Positions 10,301-20,190 of a stretch of 64,000 nt of DNA are shown one piece after another. Source of the stretch: Verrucomicrobiaceae bacterium (GTDB taxonomy: Bacteria; Verrucomicrobiota; Verrucomicrobiia; Verrucomicrobiales; Akkermansiaceae). The notes beneath the pieces are model-generated. The model was given only the letters and a program-made list of their open reading frames with translations, searched no databases and was not told the DNA's origin. How positions within the stretch are numbered: position 1 is the stretch's first letter; every line of letters begins with the position of its first letter. A program made the position numbers and the translations under genes. The stretch covers positions 608,001 to 672,000 of the forward strand of contig JBPOGH010000001.1 in assembly GCA_051252135.1 (NCBI GenBank), in the 5' to 3' direction.

Positions 10301-12346
10301 CGCCTTCGTGGCAGCATGTGGAGTCGCCGAACTTCCACCAACACCGGATTCAACATCAAGTTTCCTGCGGACAACCGTTTCCGTGGAATTCATAAGACAA
10401 TGACCGTGCGCAACCGCGGCCGCCAGGAAATCGTCGTTAAGCACCTCATCAACCAAGCCGGAGAACTTCACGACAACTACAACGACGCCGCGCAACTCAT
10501 CTACAACACCCAAAACGGAGTTCCCGTCCGCGTCGAGATGGCTCGCTTTGGCACCGCCTACATGAAGGGCCATAAAAATGGAGGCGGCACCGTTTTTAAA
10601 ATGGAAGGCATCCGCCAATTTGAAAGCACCTCAGGGAACAATCCCGAAGGCCAAAAGCTCCCCTTCCCCATCGGCTGGGTTTCGAGCTTCGACCTCGCCG
10701 ATCAGGGCGACGAGAAGGAAATCTACCGCCACAACATGCGCATCAACAGCAACAATGATATCGACGACTACACCGAAATCATACGCATGTGCAAAACCTT
10801 CAGCCTAAGCGGCCAGGAAATTGAAAATGCCGCCATCGACAATCTCAACGTCGACGAATGGATGCGCCAGTTCGCCCTTCTGTCACTCTGTGGCATTAGC
10901 GATACCTACACCCAGGGAAACCCGCACAACCTCAACTTTTATGTCCGTCCACAGGACGGGAAAGTCGAACCCATGCCTTGGGACTGGGATTTCACCTTCC
11001 AACGCAGCACCAATTCATCACTCTGGGGCGGTAGGAATTTCGCCAAGCTTCCCGGCCGCTCCATCTTTCAGCGCCTCTATCATGGTCACCTTCATGACAT
11101 GATCAATTCTTCCTTCGACAGCGCTTACATGCAGCCTTGGCTGACGCACTACGGCAGCAAAATGGGTGAAAACTACAGCAGTACCGCAAACTACATCACC
11201 GCACGATCAAACTACGTTCTCTCTCAACTCCCCACAGAGACTCCCTTTGCGATCAACACCAACGGGGGAAGCGATTTCGATGTCGCAGCATCCACCGTCA
11301 ATCTCAGCGGCAATGGCTGGATCGATGTCCGGGAAATCATCGTCAACGGAAGCCCGGATCCCTTCCCCGTCATCTGGACCGATGCCAGCACTTGGGAAAT
11401 CCAGATTCCAATTCAGCCTGGAGCCAATCCCCTCACTCTCACTGCTCTCGATTTTCAGGGAAATGCGACTGGCAGTGACACCATCAACGTGACGAACACC
11501 AGCACCACGGAGCCTGCCTCTGCGGCGAACCTTGTCATCTCCGAGCTGCACTATCATCCCACAAACGACGCGCTCGAGGAGTTCGTGGAGCTTCAGAACA
11601 TCCACCCAACGGCTTCGGTCGACCTTACAGGGGTCCTCTTCACAGAAGGTATCGATTTTGAGTTTCCCTCAGGCACCATCCTGGCTCCGGGAGAACGGAT
11701 TCTCGTCGTGCAAAACCTTGCTGCTTTTTCTGCAAAGTATGGCAATCAATTCACGATCGTTGGAGCCTTCGGAAACCTCACCAAGCTTTCCAACAAAGGA
11801 GAAACCATCCGACTCGAAGCACAGGGAGGAGAGTTGATCCAAGAGGTCACCTACTCTGATGAAGGTTCCTGGCCGGACGAAGCGGATGGAAAAGGACCAA
11901 GCCTAGTCTTAATCTACCCTTCTGGAAATCCCGATCATGCTCTGGCCGTAAACTGGCGTCCTAGCATCGCCCCTGGTGGAAACCCCGGCACCACTGATGC
12001 CGTCTCCTTTACCGGAATTGCTTCAACCGATTCTGACAACGACGGCTACAACGACCTCCTGGAATATGCTTTGGGAAGTGATCCCACGCAGACTTCGAGC
12101 ACTCCGCAGATTTCGTTAACTCCGGGCGCCGGGAACACCATGACGATGTCAGTCAACGTTCAGGCCAACGCAGACGACATCATTGTCGCCCCACAATTCT
12201 CAAGCGACTTGAATCTGTGGACAGTCACCGGCCTTCTCACTTCTCGGGTGTCTCAAGGAAATGGCATCGATGCGCTCACCTTCCGTTTCGAGTTCGCCTC
12301 TCCAGCAACCAAGGGATTCACCCGCATCCTCGTTGAGCAGCGATAA
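7355..12346 (+). CDS. Lamin-tail domain / CotH kinase-family protein
   Basis: Several (V)INEI(Q/M)YH...EFxEL lamin-tail starts; CotH-like IRLRG and HNLNFY...PWDWD; signal peptide. Confidence 0.85.
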   Translation: MLLNSRSLPWLYLLALTKATLAFDSIVVINEIQYHPEGDDAALEFLELYNQNTVNVDLSGWRISGGVDFVFPEGTILDGQSYLVIAAAPATLEDASGIDGAYGPWEGALENKGETLRLRNGNDRIMDEVEYNDRFPWPVAADGSGASLSKLRPDTTGVLVANWHFSLENGGTPGAPNFIDPSSVTPGLRISEVSAAGANFSIELLHTGTNPLNLANHILATSGNPGNEYTFPGPLDILQPGERRVIESAELGFTPPATERLFLLGKDRETVLDGVDLKTSAQARDFTGQSDEFLQPNSLTPNAENDITYRDEIVINEIMYSHRPQYASEGVQPSFAEQAIFDFNKTWRFNDSGNDLGTGWADSSHVVGGDWKSGPAPIGRESADDIDPPIATAATVNFFSNYISTYYFETDFDINAQDLAGITQLKLTHMIDDGAVFYLNGQEIGRVNLPEGVITYETRALENIEADQQTLIINPTNLLAGNNRFSIEVHQTEGSSSDIVMALALSTLEEIPSDDPPRDYEVIEEEWIELYNRSQDSVDLGGWKIEDAVDFEFPQGTQLGSGEYLVVAKDAAALASKFSGITILGDFSGSLSNSRENVRLSDARGNPADEVYYHDGSPWPGAADAGGSSIELLNPEIDNAKASSWAASSNAATSEWKNYSYTATAALPHYRPNILNFHELRLGLLEGGEVLLDDVSVLENPTTAPRELMQNGGFNNGSDSWRLLGTHQHSSVIDDDGNAVLKVVATGSMNYLNNLLETSLKADGNLVPVVPGTEYRISFRAKWLKGSPQFRAELYYNQLAELFILEQPETHGTPGSQNSTFVTNPGPQGSRLKHDPAVPDSNQAITVSAHLSDPDGISSATLHYSVNGSSFQQVTMAESGISDIWTGQIPGQSTAARIQFYLEMTDGAAQPVTAFHPPAGPDSRAMVQVKDNRASTVRQNIRVILPSSDSNAMHNAADLLSNDRYPCTVIVNEQDIHYDCGIRLRGSMWSRRTSTNTGFNIKFPADNRFRGIHKTMTVRNRGRQEIVVKHLINQAGELHDNYNDAAQLIYNTQNGVPVRVEMARFGTAYMKGHKNGGGTVFKMEGIRQFESTSGNNPEGQKLPFPIGWVSSFDLADQGDEKEIYRHNMRINSNNDIDDYTEIIRMCKTFSLSGQEIENAAIDNLNVDEWMRQFALLSLCGISDTYTQGNPHNLNFYVRPQDGKVEPMPWDWDFTFQRSTNSSLWGGRNFAKLPGRSIFQRLYHGHLHDMINSSFDSAYMQPWLTHYGSKMGENYSSTANYITARSNYVLSQLPTETPFAINTNGGSDFDVAASTVNLSGNGWIDVREIIVNGSPDPFPVIWTDASTWEIQIPIQPGANPLTLTALDFQGNATGSDTINVTNTSTTEPASAANLVISELHYHPTNDALEEFVELQNIHPTASVDLTGVLFTEGIDFEFPSGTILAPGERILVVQNLAAFSAKYGNQFTIVGAFGNLTKLSNKGETIRLEAQGGELIQEVTYSDEGSWPDEADGKGPSLVLIYPSGNPDHALAVNWRPSIAPGGNPGTTDAVSFTGIASTDSDNDGYNDLLEYALGSDPTQTSSTPQISLTPGAGNTMTMSVNVQANADDIIVAPQFSSDLNLWTVTGLLTSRVSQGNGIDALTFRFEFASPATKGFTRILVEQR

Positions 12347-12377
12347 GTAAGCGGACCACTCCCGGATTTTAATCTCT

Positions 12378-15300
12378 ATGACAGTTCAACTCCTCTTTCG
12401 TTCTCTGATCGATTTCGTAGCAGTCGGAGTCTTAATGACTGATGCTCAAGCGACCTCCCCTTCCGGCGTCGCTCAACCGGAAAGAACGCAAATTTCGATC
12501 AAGCTTCCTAAAAAGGCTCCTGATCAATTTTCCGTCAAACTGACCCACGTGGACAGCCCGTTGACCTTGAGCCTGTGGAGCAACCGGGTGACAGGTGAAA
12601 ACACCCGTTTCCTTGCCCCAAATGAATCAGGCACCCTCGAAGAGATCGCCTCCTGCCTGGAAGCCTCATACTTGGGAACAGTTGAAGAACATCCTGAATT
12701 TTCGGTGGGGGCGATTCTGACCACACACGGCTTGCTCGCGACAATCGTGCGTCCGGGAGAGTCATCCCTTACCGTAAGCCCTGATTGGAGTTCGTCCGAT
12801 CAGGCTCGGCATTGGCTCTCGATCGAAGAGGCGTGGAACGAAGAAGATTGTCTTTGTGAAGGAGATGGGAGCCATTCTTCACACCTGATGGTATCGTCTT
12901 CGACAGCTGCAGAGACATCGCCTGCCACCACTCAATCGTTCCCACGCGGGACGAAAAGCACGGGCAGTGCAACTCTTTCACCCACCCGGGTAATGGAGGT
13001 GTTGGAATTTGAAGTAGGCGTGGAAATTGGCTCGCGAGCCTTCGAAAGCAACTATGGCGGGAACCTGGCTTCCGCTCAGGCAGCCGCGGCATCGATCGCC
13101 TCCAATATGGATGCACGCTACTTGCGCGGAGCCGGAATCAAGCACGTGCTTGGAACAGTCATCATTCGAACCGATGCGGCCACCGACCCACTCCGTAATT
13201 CGGTCACCGCAACCGGCGCAGCAGCCAATGCCAGCAGCAGCCTCAGCGCGTTTCGCAATTATTGGAACAACAATGCGGGAGAGGTTGGCAACACCCATGA
13301 CCTTGCCGTTTACCACGTCAAATCGAACCCTTCAGGTTTGGCTTACGTCAACAGCGTCGGCTCGAGCAGCCGATACGCAACCAGCGGGAGCAATGGACCC
13401 ACGAGTTGGGCTGACGGAACACTCGTTCATGAGTTTGGACACTCATGGAATTTGCGCCATACCGCTGACGCCCCGATTACTGAGTTCAATTTTACAGGTG
13501 GCGCCGTGCCACCGGGCTCCTTCTACGAATCAAAGCCCAGAACCAACGGAAATGCCGCAGGCGGCTCACATGTTTTTGTCTCCGTGATGCATGGCAGTGG
13601 AAACAACAATATTGGACGCCTGGCAACTGATGAGGCCAACACCGTTTATTCGGTCAAACAGAGTAAACGCTCGTTTGGTCGCTTGGTGACAAACCCGGGA
13701 CAAATCCCACCATTTGGCCATCGGGACTCTGCCTTCGCCACAGTGGGAAGCAGCGTCATGATCGATGTCATTGCGAACGACTACGATGCCAATAACGATG
13801 TCTTGAATGCCGTCCTGAGAGATACCGTCAGCTTTCAGGGAGGAACAGTTTCGCTTTCAGCTGGCACCGGGCCGGGCGGGAGAAACGAGCTCCTTTACAC
13901 CCCTCCGACCAATCCTTCCGGAGAGGTCGACTTCTTCCACTACACCGTGTGCGACCCGAATGGGGGAACGGATTTTGGCACCGTGTATGTCACGATCGGA
14001 GAAGACCTGTTGTTTACCGAGAGCTTTATTTACCCCGCTGGAACCCTGGACGGGCAGAGCCACTCTGGAAATCCCTGGAGTGATCGCGTCAATGGTGGCT
14101 CCACCATGATAGTCACAAGCTCCAAACTCCTCGAAAATCCGGGTTCGCCTCTCTTGAGTGCGGGAGGAACGATCACGCAAACAGCAAGCGATCGTTTCGC
14201 ATTGGCTCTCCCGGCCAGAGCATCAGGAGGAGCGAACGGCTCGGTGCGCTACATCAGCTTCATTCAGAAACTCGCGTTTGCTGATGCGGGCCGCTCTCAG
14301 ATCGTCGAATTCTGGAACGGTGACCCGGTCGGAAGCAATACTGCGTTCTCATTTGGAACAGACACAAATGGAGACGCTCCGGATTACGGTCTCCTCATCG
14401 ACAAGGATGGAGCGGGAATTCCTTTGCCACTCGGAAGCCCGGATACAGAGGCCCACTTGATTGTTCTGAAGGTGGAGTATGGCTCGGGGGATGCCGATAA
14501 AATCAGTGTCTTTGTTGACCCGGGGATGAGTGAGCCCAACTCCCCGGACGCCTCGGCTAACTCCACCAATCTCGCCTTCACCCGAATTGGCTTTGGCTCT
14601 TTCCAGGGCGGCGGCCAGGAGATTGATGAATTTCGGATCGGAACGACCTATGAAAGCGTGGTTCCACAGGAGATCTCCGCGTTGTTCTTTGAAGAGACCT
14701 TTGCCTATCCAAATGGGGATCTTGCAGGGAAGGTAAACGATGGAAATGAATGGACCGATGTCACAGGTGGAGGATCGACCCTGGTCTCGGAAGAATGGGC
14801 GATTCAGGCAGCGAGCCATCGCGTTGCGCTGAGCCTTGCCACCGAAGCGGCAGGTGGAGCAAACAACACGGTGCGCTACATCAGCTTCATCCAGAAGTTT
14901 GCTTCCTCAGATGTCAATAGGACGAAGATCATGGAGTTTTGGAATGGCGACCCGATCGGAAGCAATACCGCGTTCTCATTCGGGACCGATACCAATGGCG
15001 CCGCGCCGGACTACGGACTCTTCATCGACAAGGATGGTGACAACATTCCCCTCGACCTCGGCACGGCCGATGCCGAAGCGCATCTGATTGTCTTCAAGCT
15101 GGAATACGGACCGGATGGTGGAGATGCCATCAGTGTGTATCTGGATCCCGAGTCGAATGAACCGGATAGTCCTGATGCGATTGCCTTTTATCCGGACCTG
15201 AGCTTTGACCGTCTGGGATTTGGCGCATTTCAGGGGGGCGGTCAGGAAATTGACGACATCCGGATTGGGGCAACCTTCCGTGATGTGGTGCCAATGATCG

Positions 15301-15683
15301 ACCCGGATAGCGACAACGACGGCCTTCCGGATGACTTTGAACGAATGCACTACCACCCTACGGACCTTACCGTAACCGATGGCAGTGACGACCTTGACGG
15401 TGACGGCATGACGGATGCCGCTGAGTTTCTTGCCGGAACCGATCCCACGAATCCTCGCTCACTTCTCCAGGTGTCTGAATTTCGCCCCATCTCCGAATCG
15501 GAGATATTGATCAAATGGACCTCCGTAGCAGGCATCAATTATTCCATCTGGGCGAGTGAAGATCTGGCTCCCGGATCATGGACCCCGATCATCCCCTCAC
15601 GAACAGCAAACGGCCCGGTGATGATTGTGACCGTGCCTTATACCAACTCCAAAGAGTTCTTTCAGGTAAGAGTCAATCCTTAG
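12378..15683 (+). CDS. Exported M12/reprolysin-like zinc metalloprotease with Ig-like and duplicated beta domains
   Basis: HEFGHSWNLRH (HExxHxxxxxH), downstream SVM Met-turn, IDVIANDYD Ig/cadherin-like motif, ends FFQVRVNP. Confidence 0.8.
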   Translation: MTVQLLFRSLIDFVAVGVLMTDAQATSPSGVAQPERTQISIKLPKKAPDQFSVKLTHVDSPLTLSLWSNRVTGENTRFLAPNESGTLEEIASCLEASYLGTVEEHPEFSVGAILTTHGLLATIVRPGESSLTVSPDWSSSDQARHWLSIEEAWNEEDCLCEGDGSHSSHLMVSSSTAAETSPATTQSFPRGTKSTGSATLSPTRVMEVLEFEVGVEIGSRAFESNYGGNLASAQAAAASIASNMDARYLRGAGIKHVLGTVIIRTDAATDPLRNSVTATGAAANASSSLSAFRNYWNNNAGEVGNTHDLAVYHVKSNPSGLAYVNSVGSSSRYATSGSNGPTSWADGTLVHEFGHSWNLRHTADAPITEFNFTGGAVPPGSFYESKPRTNGNAAGGSHVFVSVMHGSGNNNIGRLATDEANTVYSVKQSKRSFGRLVTNPGQIPPFGHRDSAFATVGSSVMIDVIANDYDANNDVLNAVLRDTVSFQGGTVSLSAGTGPGGRNELLYTPPTNPSGEVDFFHYTVCDPNGGTDFGTVYVTIGEDLLFTESFIYPAGTLDGQSHSGNPWSDRVNGGSTMIVTSSKLLENPGSPLLSAGGTITQTASDRFALALPARASGGANGSVRYISFIQKLAFADAGRSQIVEFWNGDPVGSNTAFSFGTDTNGDAPDYGLLIDKDGAGIPLPLGSPDTEAHLIVLKVEYGSGDADKISVFVDPGMSEPNSPDASANSTNLAFTRIGFGSFQGGGQEIDEFRIGTTYESVVPQEISALFFEETFAYPNGDLAGKVNDGNEWTDVTGGGSTLVSEEWAIQAASHRVALSLATEAAGGANNTVRYISFIQKFASSDVNRTKIMEFWNGDPIGSNTAFSFGTDTNGAAPDYGLFIDKDGDNIPLDLGTADAEAHLIVFKLEYGPDGGDAISVYLDPESNEPDSPDAIAFYPDLSFDRLGFGAFQGGGQEIDDIRIGATFRDVVPMIDPDSDNDGLPDDFERMHYHPTDLTVTDGSDDLDGDGMTDAAEFLAGTDPTNPRSLLQVSEFRPISESEILIKWTSVAGINYSIWASEDLAPGSWTPIIPSRTANGPVMIVTVPYTNSKEFFQVRVNP
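14010..15295 (+). repeat. Intragenic tandem domain duplication (two ~200-aa units)
   Basis: VRYISFIQK...EFWNGDPxGSNTAFSFGTDTNG...GFGxFQGGGQEID occurs twice, with clear DNA identity (cggtgcgctacatcagcttcat). Confidence 0.9.
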
Positions 15684-15714
15684 CTCCAATGCCGGGTAAG
15701 ACGTCCCCTCAGCC

Positions 15715-16572
15715 CTAGGGTGAGGAAACTTTAACCCGATAGTAGTGCCTCGTATCAGCGGCTGGAGCGACCACCTCAAACACCAGGGGGCCTCCGGTTC
15801 CGTTAACGATGTTTCCGGTGTCGATCCATTGGGCGGGAGTGAGCCCGGCGCTGGACTGTATTTGGTAAAGCTGCCCGGGGTCGGAGGTGGGCACTCTGAA
15901 GCGAAACGTTCCCTCGTTAAATGAAGTGGAGTCGATAAGTGGAACGGCTACGGTCGGTTTCTCTACCGCTTCTGCGGTGGAAACTTCATCCAGATTGAAA
16001 ATCATGGAAGTTTCCGACAATGGGCTGAATGCAAACGACGTGAACGGCAGGTCCGTCGTAAACCCAATGAAACCATCCCCGTCTGTGGGTGTGAGAATCT
16101 CATCGAGATTGACCGACTCCCCTGTCGGAGTCGTTCCGTTAAACATGATGATGGTGAGCCCTTCTCCCACATCCACACTGGCAAAATCAGCCGCAAAGGC
16201 AGCTTGTGGGGCTGCAAAACGAAACTCGAGTGTCGACGTCCAGTCTGTGCCGGAGATATCAATTCCAAGATCGAGCGGAATATCGGTGCTGCTGTCGAAA
16301 GCGTAGTCAAAAAATGTGTCGTCCACTTCCCCTCTCGTCTCGTAGTATACACTGAAATTACCGAAAATATCAAAGGTATCCTTCCCGACCGGAATGTCGG
16401 TATCTTCCGTGTCGGTGCCATCAAAGGATTGGGTCAATATTGGCGCCGTTGTGACTTCCCCTACAGCCGCCGTCCAGGCGATCCGTGTGTCATAGAGTTT
16501 CAGCTCGGCATGACTGAAAGTCGTCGTCATCAGCAAGCCCGCTAGGGAAAGAGTGAGGGTGGGCGGTTTCAT
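15715..16572 (-). CDS. Exported hypothetical protein with C-terminal YYRV domain
   Basis: ATG 16572 gives signal peptide MKPPTLTLSLAGLLMTTTFSHA; ends HYYRVKVSSP. Confidence 0.8.
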   Translation of the reverse strand: MKPPTLTLSLAGLLMTTTFSHAELKLYDTRIAWTAAVGEVTTAPILTQSFDGTDTEDTDIPVGKDTFDIFGNFSVYYETRGEVDDTFFDYAFDSSTDIPLDLGIDISGTDWTSTLEFRFAAPQAAFAADFASVDVGEGLTIIMFNGTTPTGESVNLDEILTPTDGDGFIGFTTDLPFTSFAFSPLSETSMIFNLDEVSTAEAVEKPTVAVPLIDSTSFNEGTFRFRVPTSDPGQLYQIQSSAGLTPAQWIDTGNIVNGTGGPLVFEVVAPAADTRHYYRVKVSSP

Positions 16573-16761
16573 TGGTTGAAAAGTGATCTTTTTTGACGGC
16601 ATCCACCGCTCGGGCAGAATGAAGCTGGCTCCCATTGGCTCAATCCTTCTGAGCAAATCGCTCAATTGGAACTCGGTTCGTTCGGTTCGATTTCGTGAAA
16701 ATTTCATCTTCTCGCCGTGGTGATGATCGGAATGCTCCTGCCCGAAATGTTTCCTAACTCC

Positions 16762-17883
16762 CTATTTGAGACCGGCATACACCAGATACATCTCCCACAG
16801 CCGCCAGCCGCCGAAGACCCAGGTCAGGCCACCCAAGGCCAAAAACGGCCCGAATGGCAGCATTCGACCGAAGCCAATCCGCCCCAAAAATGCGGCCATC
16901 AACGTATAAATACACGATGCGAAAAGGGAAAAAAGAACCGCTTGCCACCCCAAAAATGCCCCGATCATCCCCAACAACGGAGGATCTCCCCCACCCATCA
17001 CCTCTCGCGGAATCACCACCAAATCCGCTTTTCCCTCCAGAGTATCAATCTCCGCAATCAGATGCTCCTTATCATCGAGCACGATCCGGTCGGTGAGAAT
17101 CACGACCCGCTTGGCCTGCGCCTTCTTGCCATTTAAAAGGATTTCCTGACCATCGATTTCGATCCGGTCCTTCTTACGATGGAACACATCGCTCCAATCG
17201 ATTTCCTCCTCCCCCACCACAAAACGCAGCTCCTCCTCATCATTCGTTGGCTCACGCAGCTTCCAGCTCTCGGCCTCGTCCTCAAATTTCATCCGGCGTT
17301 CTCCCAGGAAAAACTTCCCGATCAAGACGACCAGTCCCAGCCCGACCCAGCCCACCAGCATCCCCAACAGGGACTGTCCCCCTCCTGCCCAACTCGGTAT
17401 CGCAGGCACCGGAGATCCAAGAAACACCAGCGCCGGAGCCACCACCGCGCCAATCAGCCCGATCGCCATTCCCGCAAAGACCATATTAACCGGAATGATC
17501 ATATGCTCTGCATCGATGAACGAGATCACTACCAGCAACACGCACAGCGCCATCACAAAGAAGGCCGCTGGATACGGAACCGGCATCAACATCCACGCCG
17601 CGACAAACAGGCCCGCCGTAAGGGCTTCTACGAAGAAATAACGAAAGGCGATCGGAGCGCTACATTCCGCACACTTTCCCCGCTGCAGCAACCAGGTCAA
17701 CATCGGCAGGTTTCGATACCACGGGATATCCTTCTTACAATGCGGGCAAAACGATCGTTTTGGTTCAGAGACCTTCATCCCCAGCGGCACCCGGTAGATC
17801 ACCACATTGAGAAACGAACCGATGACCGCGCCAAACAAAAATGCCAGCACGGGCCAAATGGGGAGACCAGAGTATTCATCCAT
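16762..17883 (-). CDS. pilD: Prepilin peptidase / N-methyltransferase
   Basis: GSFLNVVIYRVP, two CxxC motifs, FIDAEH and MGGGD aspartates, PFGPFL. Confidence 0.95.
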   Translation of the reverse strand: MDEYSGLPIWPVLAFLFGAVIGSFLNVVIYRVPLGMKVSEPKRSFCPHCKKDIPWYRNLPMLTWLLQRGKCAECSAPIAFRYFFVEALTAGLFVAAWMLMPVPYPAAFFVMALCVLLVVISFIDAEHMIIPVNMVFAGMAIGLIGAVVAPALVFLGSPVPAIPSWAGGGQSLLGMLVGWVGLGLVVLIGKFFLGERRMKFEDEAESWKLREPTNDEEELRFVVGEEEIDWSDVFHRKKDRIEIDGQEILLNGKKAQAKRVVILTDRIVLDDKEHLIAEIDTLEGKADLVVIPREVMGGGDPPLLGMIGAFLGWQAVLFSLFASCIYTLMAAFLGRIGFGRMLPFGPFLALGGLTWVFGGWRLWEMYLVYAGLK

Positions 17884-17992
17884 GTCACATCATCTTATCC
17901 GACTAAACCCTTTAGTAAAATAAGATTTTAAGATCCTTTAACCTTCTCGCGAGAAGGCCATTGGAATCCACCCCCCAACCAATCCCCTTTCT

Positions 17993-19585
17993 TTAGTTCC
18001 CCGTGAAATAATTGGGCGGCACGTGAACGACTGTGGTCGCCTGGATGTTGTGCCCGCCTCCACTGAAGAACGAACCGATCAAATAGCCGCCGTTCGAAAC
18101 ACTGAGGTTTCCCTCGGGCGTGAAAACCGCCCCGAACCAGTTACATGAGGATCCTAGCGAAAAATCGCTGGTAGACTCCCAATAAACCCTCGCCGCAAGG
18201 AAGGGATCGACCGAAGCGTCGGTCATCGACACATAATTCGTTCCATTGGTCGAAACGAGGACGTTCAGGTCCCTACCGATGTCGATATCCCCCTCGACAA
18301 AGATCCGGATATCGTGAGTTCCGGAAAGGTCCAGACGGAGCGTCATGTTTCCCCCCAATGAAAAGCTATCGAAGTAGTAATTCCCATGCCCTGTCGATCC
18401 GGCATTGAGAGTCAATTGGCTGTTTGATGCGTTATTCACCGTCGAAAGATGGCCATGACCGCCAGGCGCCAGAGCCACCGATTGATTTTTTTTCACATTC
18501 ACACTGGAACCGCCGGCCGTAAACTCGGTGGCAGCCGGGAGATCCAGATTCTCAAGGTTTGTGAGGTCGGGGCACACCGGCGCTTTCACATAGGTGGGAG
18601 AATTCGGAACCACCGCCCCGGTGATCGAGCCGTTACTGATGGTGCCACCGGCATAGGCGTTCCCATAGATTGTTCCACTGCCCATCACAATCGACCCTCC
18701 GGCGTAAACATTCCCGTAAATCTTGGTGGAACCGCTGAGATAGATATCACCGGTGGCCCGAACTTCGACTGGCTCGGCGGCCGTGCCAATGGACGCACTG
18801 CCGGAGAGAGATACGTTTCCATTACAGGCATGGACATGGCCTGCAACTTGGGATTTTCCCTGCAAAAAAATGGAGCTTTGGGAAAAAAGCCAGCCTCCGA
18901 ACACCGTACTCTGCGCACTTCCAAGCGTGATGGTCCCGTTCGCATGAATATCGCCGGTTACGTGCCCGGTCTTGATGTCCACAAAACCCGACCCAAAGAT
19001 GTCTCCAGTGACAGTTCCTTGGCCGGTGAATTCAATATTCCGAGCCAGGACGTTTCCTTCCACATCTCCTTTGATGTCAACATCCGCGCCCGAGATCGCG
19101 ACATCACCCCGGATGATGGTATTATTCCCGAGAGAAATCCCGACCTCACCGAAAATCGCAAATTGGTCCATGTTCTGCGCTTCAACCTCAGGGTCGACTC
19201 CGCACAGACTTAAAGGCATCGGGACGCGGGCCCGCGCTTCCTTCGGAGTGTCCTCATCCACAATGGATGTCGCCCAGAAGGTGTTGACGAGACGAACAAC
19301 TTCCACTTTTTCCCCTCCATCGAGTCTCAAAGTGCGCTCCCGTCCGTGCCTCCAACCATCCTCGCAGTAAATGGTCTGGGCATAACGCAATCCTGATTCG
19401 GCCAGATAATAGGCCCGGGCGTTGGAGTTCGCACTGAGGTAGCTCTGCTCCGAACTCCGCGTTAAAGAGATGATTGATACCCCGATAACACCCATGATCA
19501 ACATGACTGCGATCATGCTGACCAGAACCCCTCCCTTTCGGATGGATCGGAGGCTACGGATTGAGGGAGAACGTTCAGCAGTCAT
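17993..19585 (-). CDS. PilX/GspK-like minor pilin with large beta-repeat C-terminal domain
   Basis: RKGG-VLVSM hydrophobic N-terminus without Glu5; AYYLAESGL motif; repeated GxVxAxGxI units. Confidence 0.75.
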   Translation of the reverse strand: MTAERSPSIRSLRSIRKGGVLVSMIAVMLIMGVIGVSIISLTRSSEQSYLSANSNARAYYLAESGLRYAQTIYCEDGWRHGRERTLRLDGGEKVEVVRLVNTFWATSIVDEDTPKEARARVPMPLSLCGVDPEVEAQNMDQFAIFGEVGISLGNNTIIRGDVAISGADVDIKGDVEGNVLARNIEFTGQGTVTGDIFGSGFVDIKTGHVTGDIHANGTITLGSAQSTVFGGWLFSQSSIFLQGKSQVAGHVHACNGNVSLSGSASIGTAAEPVEVRATGDIYLSGSTKIYGNVYAGGSIVMGSGTIYGNAYAGGTISNGSITGAVVPNSPTYVKAPVCPDLTNLENLDLPAATEFTAGGSSVNVKKNQSVALAPGGHGHLSTVNNASNSQLTLNAGSTGHGNYYFDSFSLGGNMTLRLDLSGTHDIRIFVEGDIDIGRDLNVLVSTNGTNYVSMTDASVDPFLAARVYWESTSDFSLGSSCNWFGAVFTPEGNLSVSNGGYLIGSFFSGGGHNIQATTVVHVPPNYFTGN

Positions 19586-19700
19586 AAAATAAGTTTATCG
19601 ATTGGAAATCTTAAGGAAAAAACAGCCACATAACACCACCAAATGACTGTGAATCAACCGCCTTCCGGATTGAGCAGAGGCGGATTTCAATGGCGATTCG

Positions 19701-20180
19701 TTACAAATCATATCGGGGATGAATGATCATGGTGTGTGCGAGGCTGTCACTTTTGCGCGTTTTTAGGGTGATCGTGATGGAACCGGCTGTCGAGGACACC
19801 GTGAAGAGGCTGACGTTATCCAGCAAAACCGCACCCTGATACTCCGTTGTGGAAAATTCGAGATCGGATCCGGAGGTGCCATCCCACGTGACGGACCCCA
19901 ATTCGCCCAGGCGATCGGGATGACGGGACACCCAATGGATCGTTCGACCGTTGGGGACCTCCACGGTGCCAACTCCTGCAAAAGTCAGCTCCTTGACCAG
20001 TCGATTCATCGCAATCTGAATTTTCTGCGAGTCCACCGCAGCATTCTTACTGTCAACGTATACCTTGGTGGAAGTTTCCAGCAACAGGGCGGCAAATACC
20101 AACACAATCCCGGACAGGATCATTGTGGCCACCATCTCGATGAGGGTGAAGCCGGCTCGATTCCGGCAATGGATTTTCAT
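19701..20180 (-). CDS. Minor pilin (PilW/GspJ-like)
   Basis: AG-FTLIEM prepilin motif; QIAMNRLVKEL; start taken at ATG 20180. Confidence 0.85.
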   Translation of the reverse strand: MKIHCRNRAGFTLIEMVATMILSGIVLVFAALLLETSTKVYVDSKNAAVDSQKIQIAMNRLVKELTFAGVGTVEVPNGRTIHWVSRHPDRLGELGSVTWDGTSGSDLEFSTTEYQGAVLLDNVSLFTVSSTAGSITITLKTRKSDSLAHTMIIHPRYDL

Positions 20181-20190
20181 GACATTAAGG

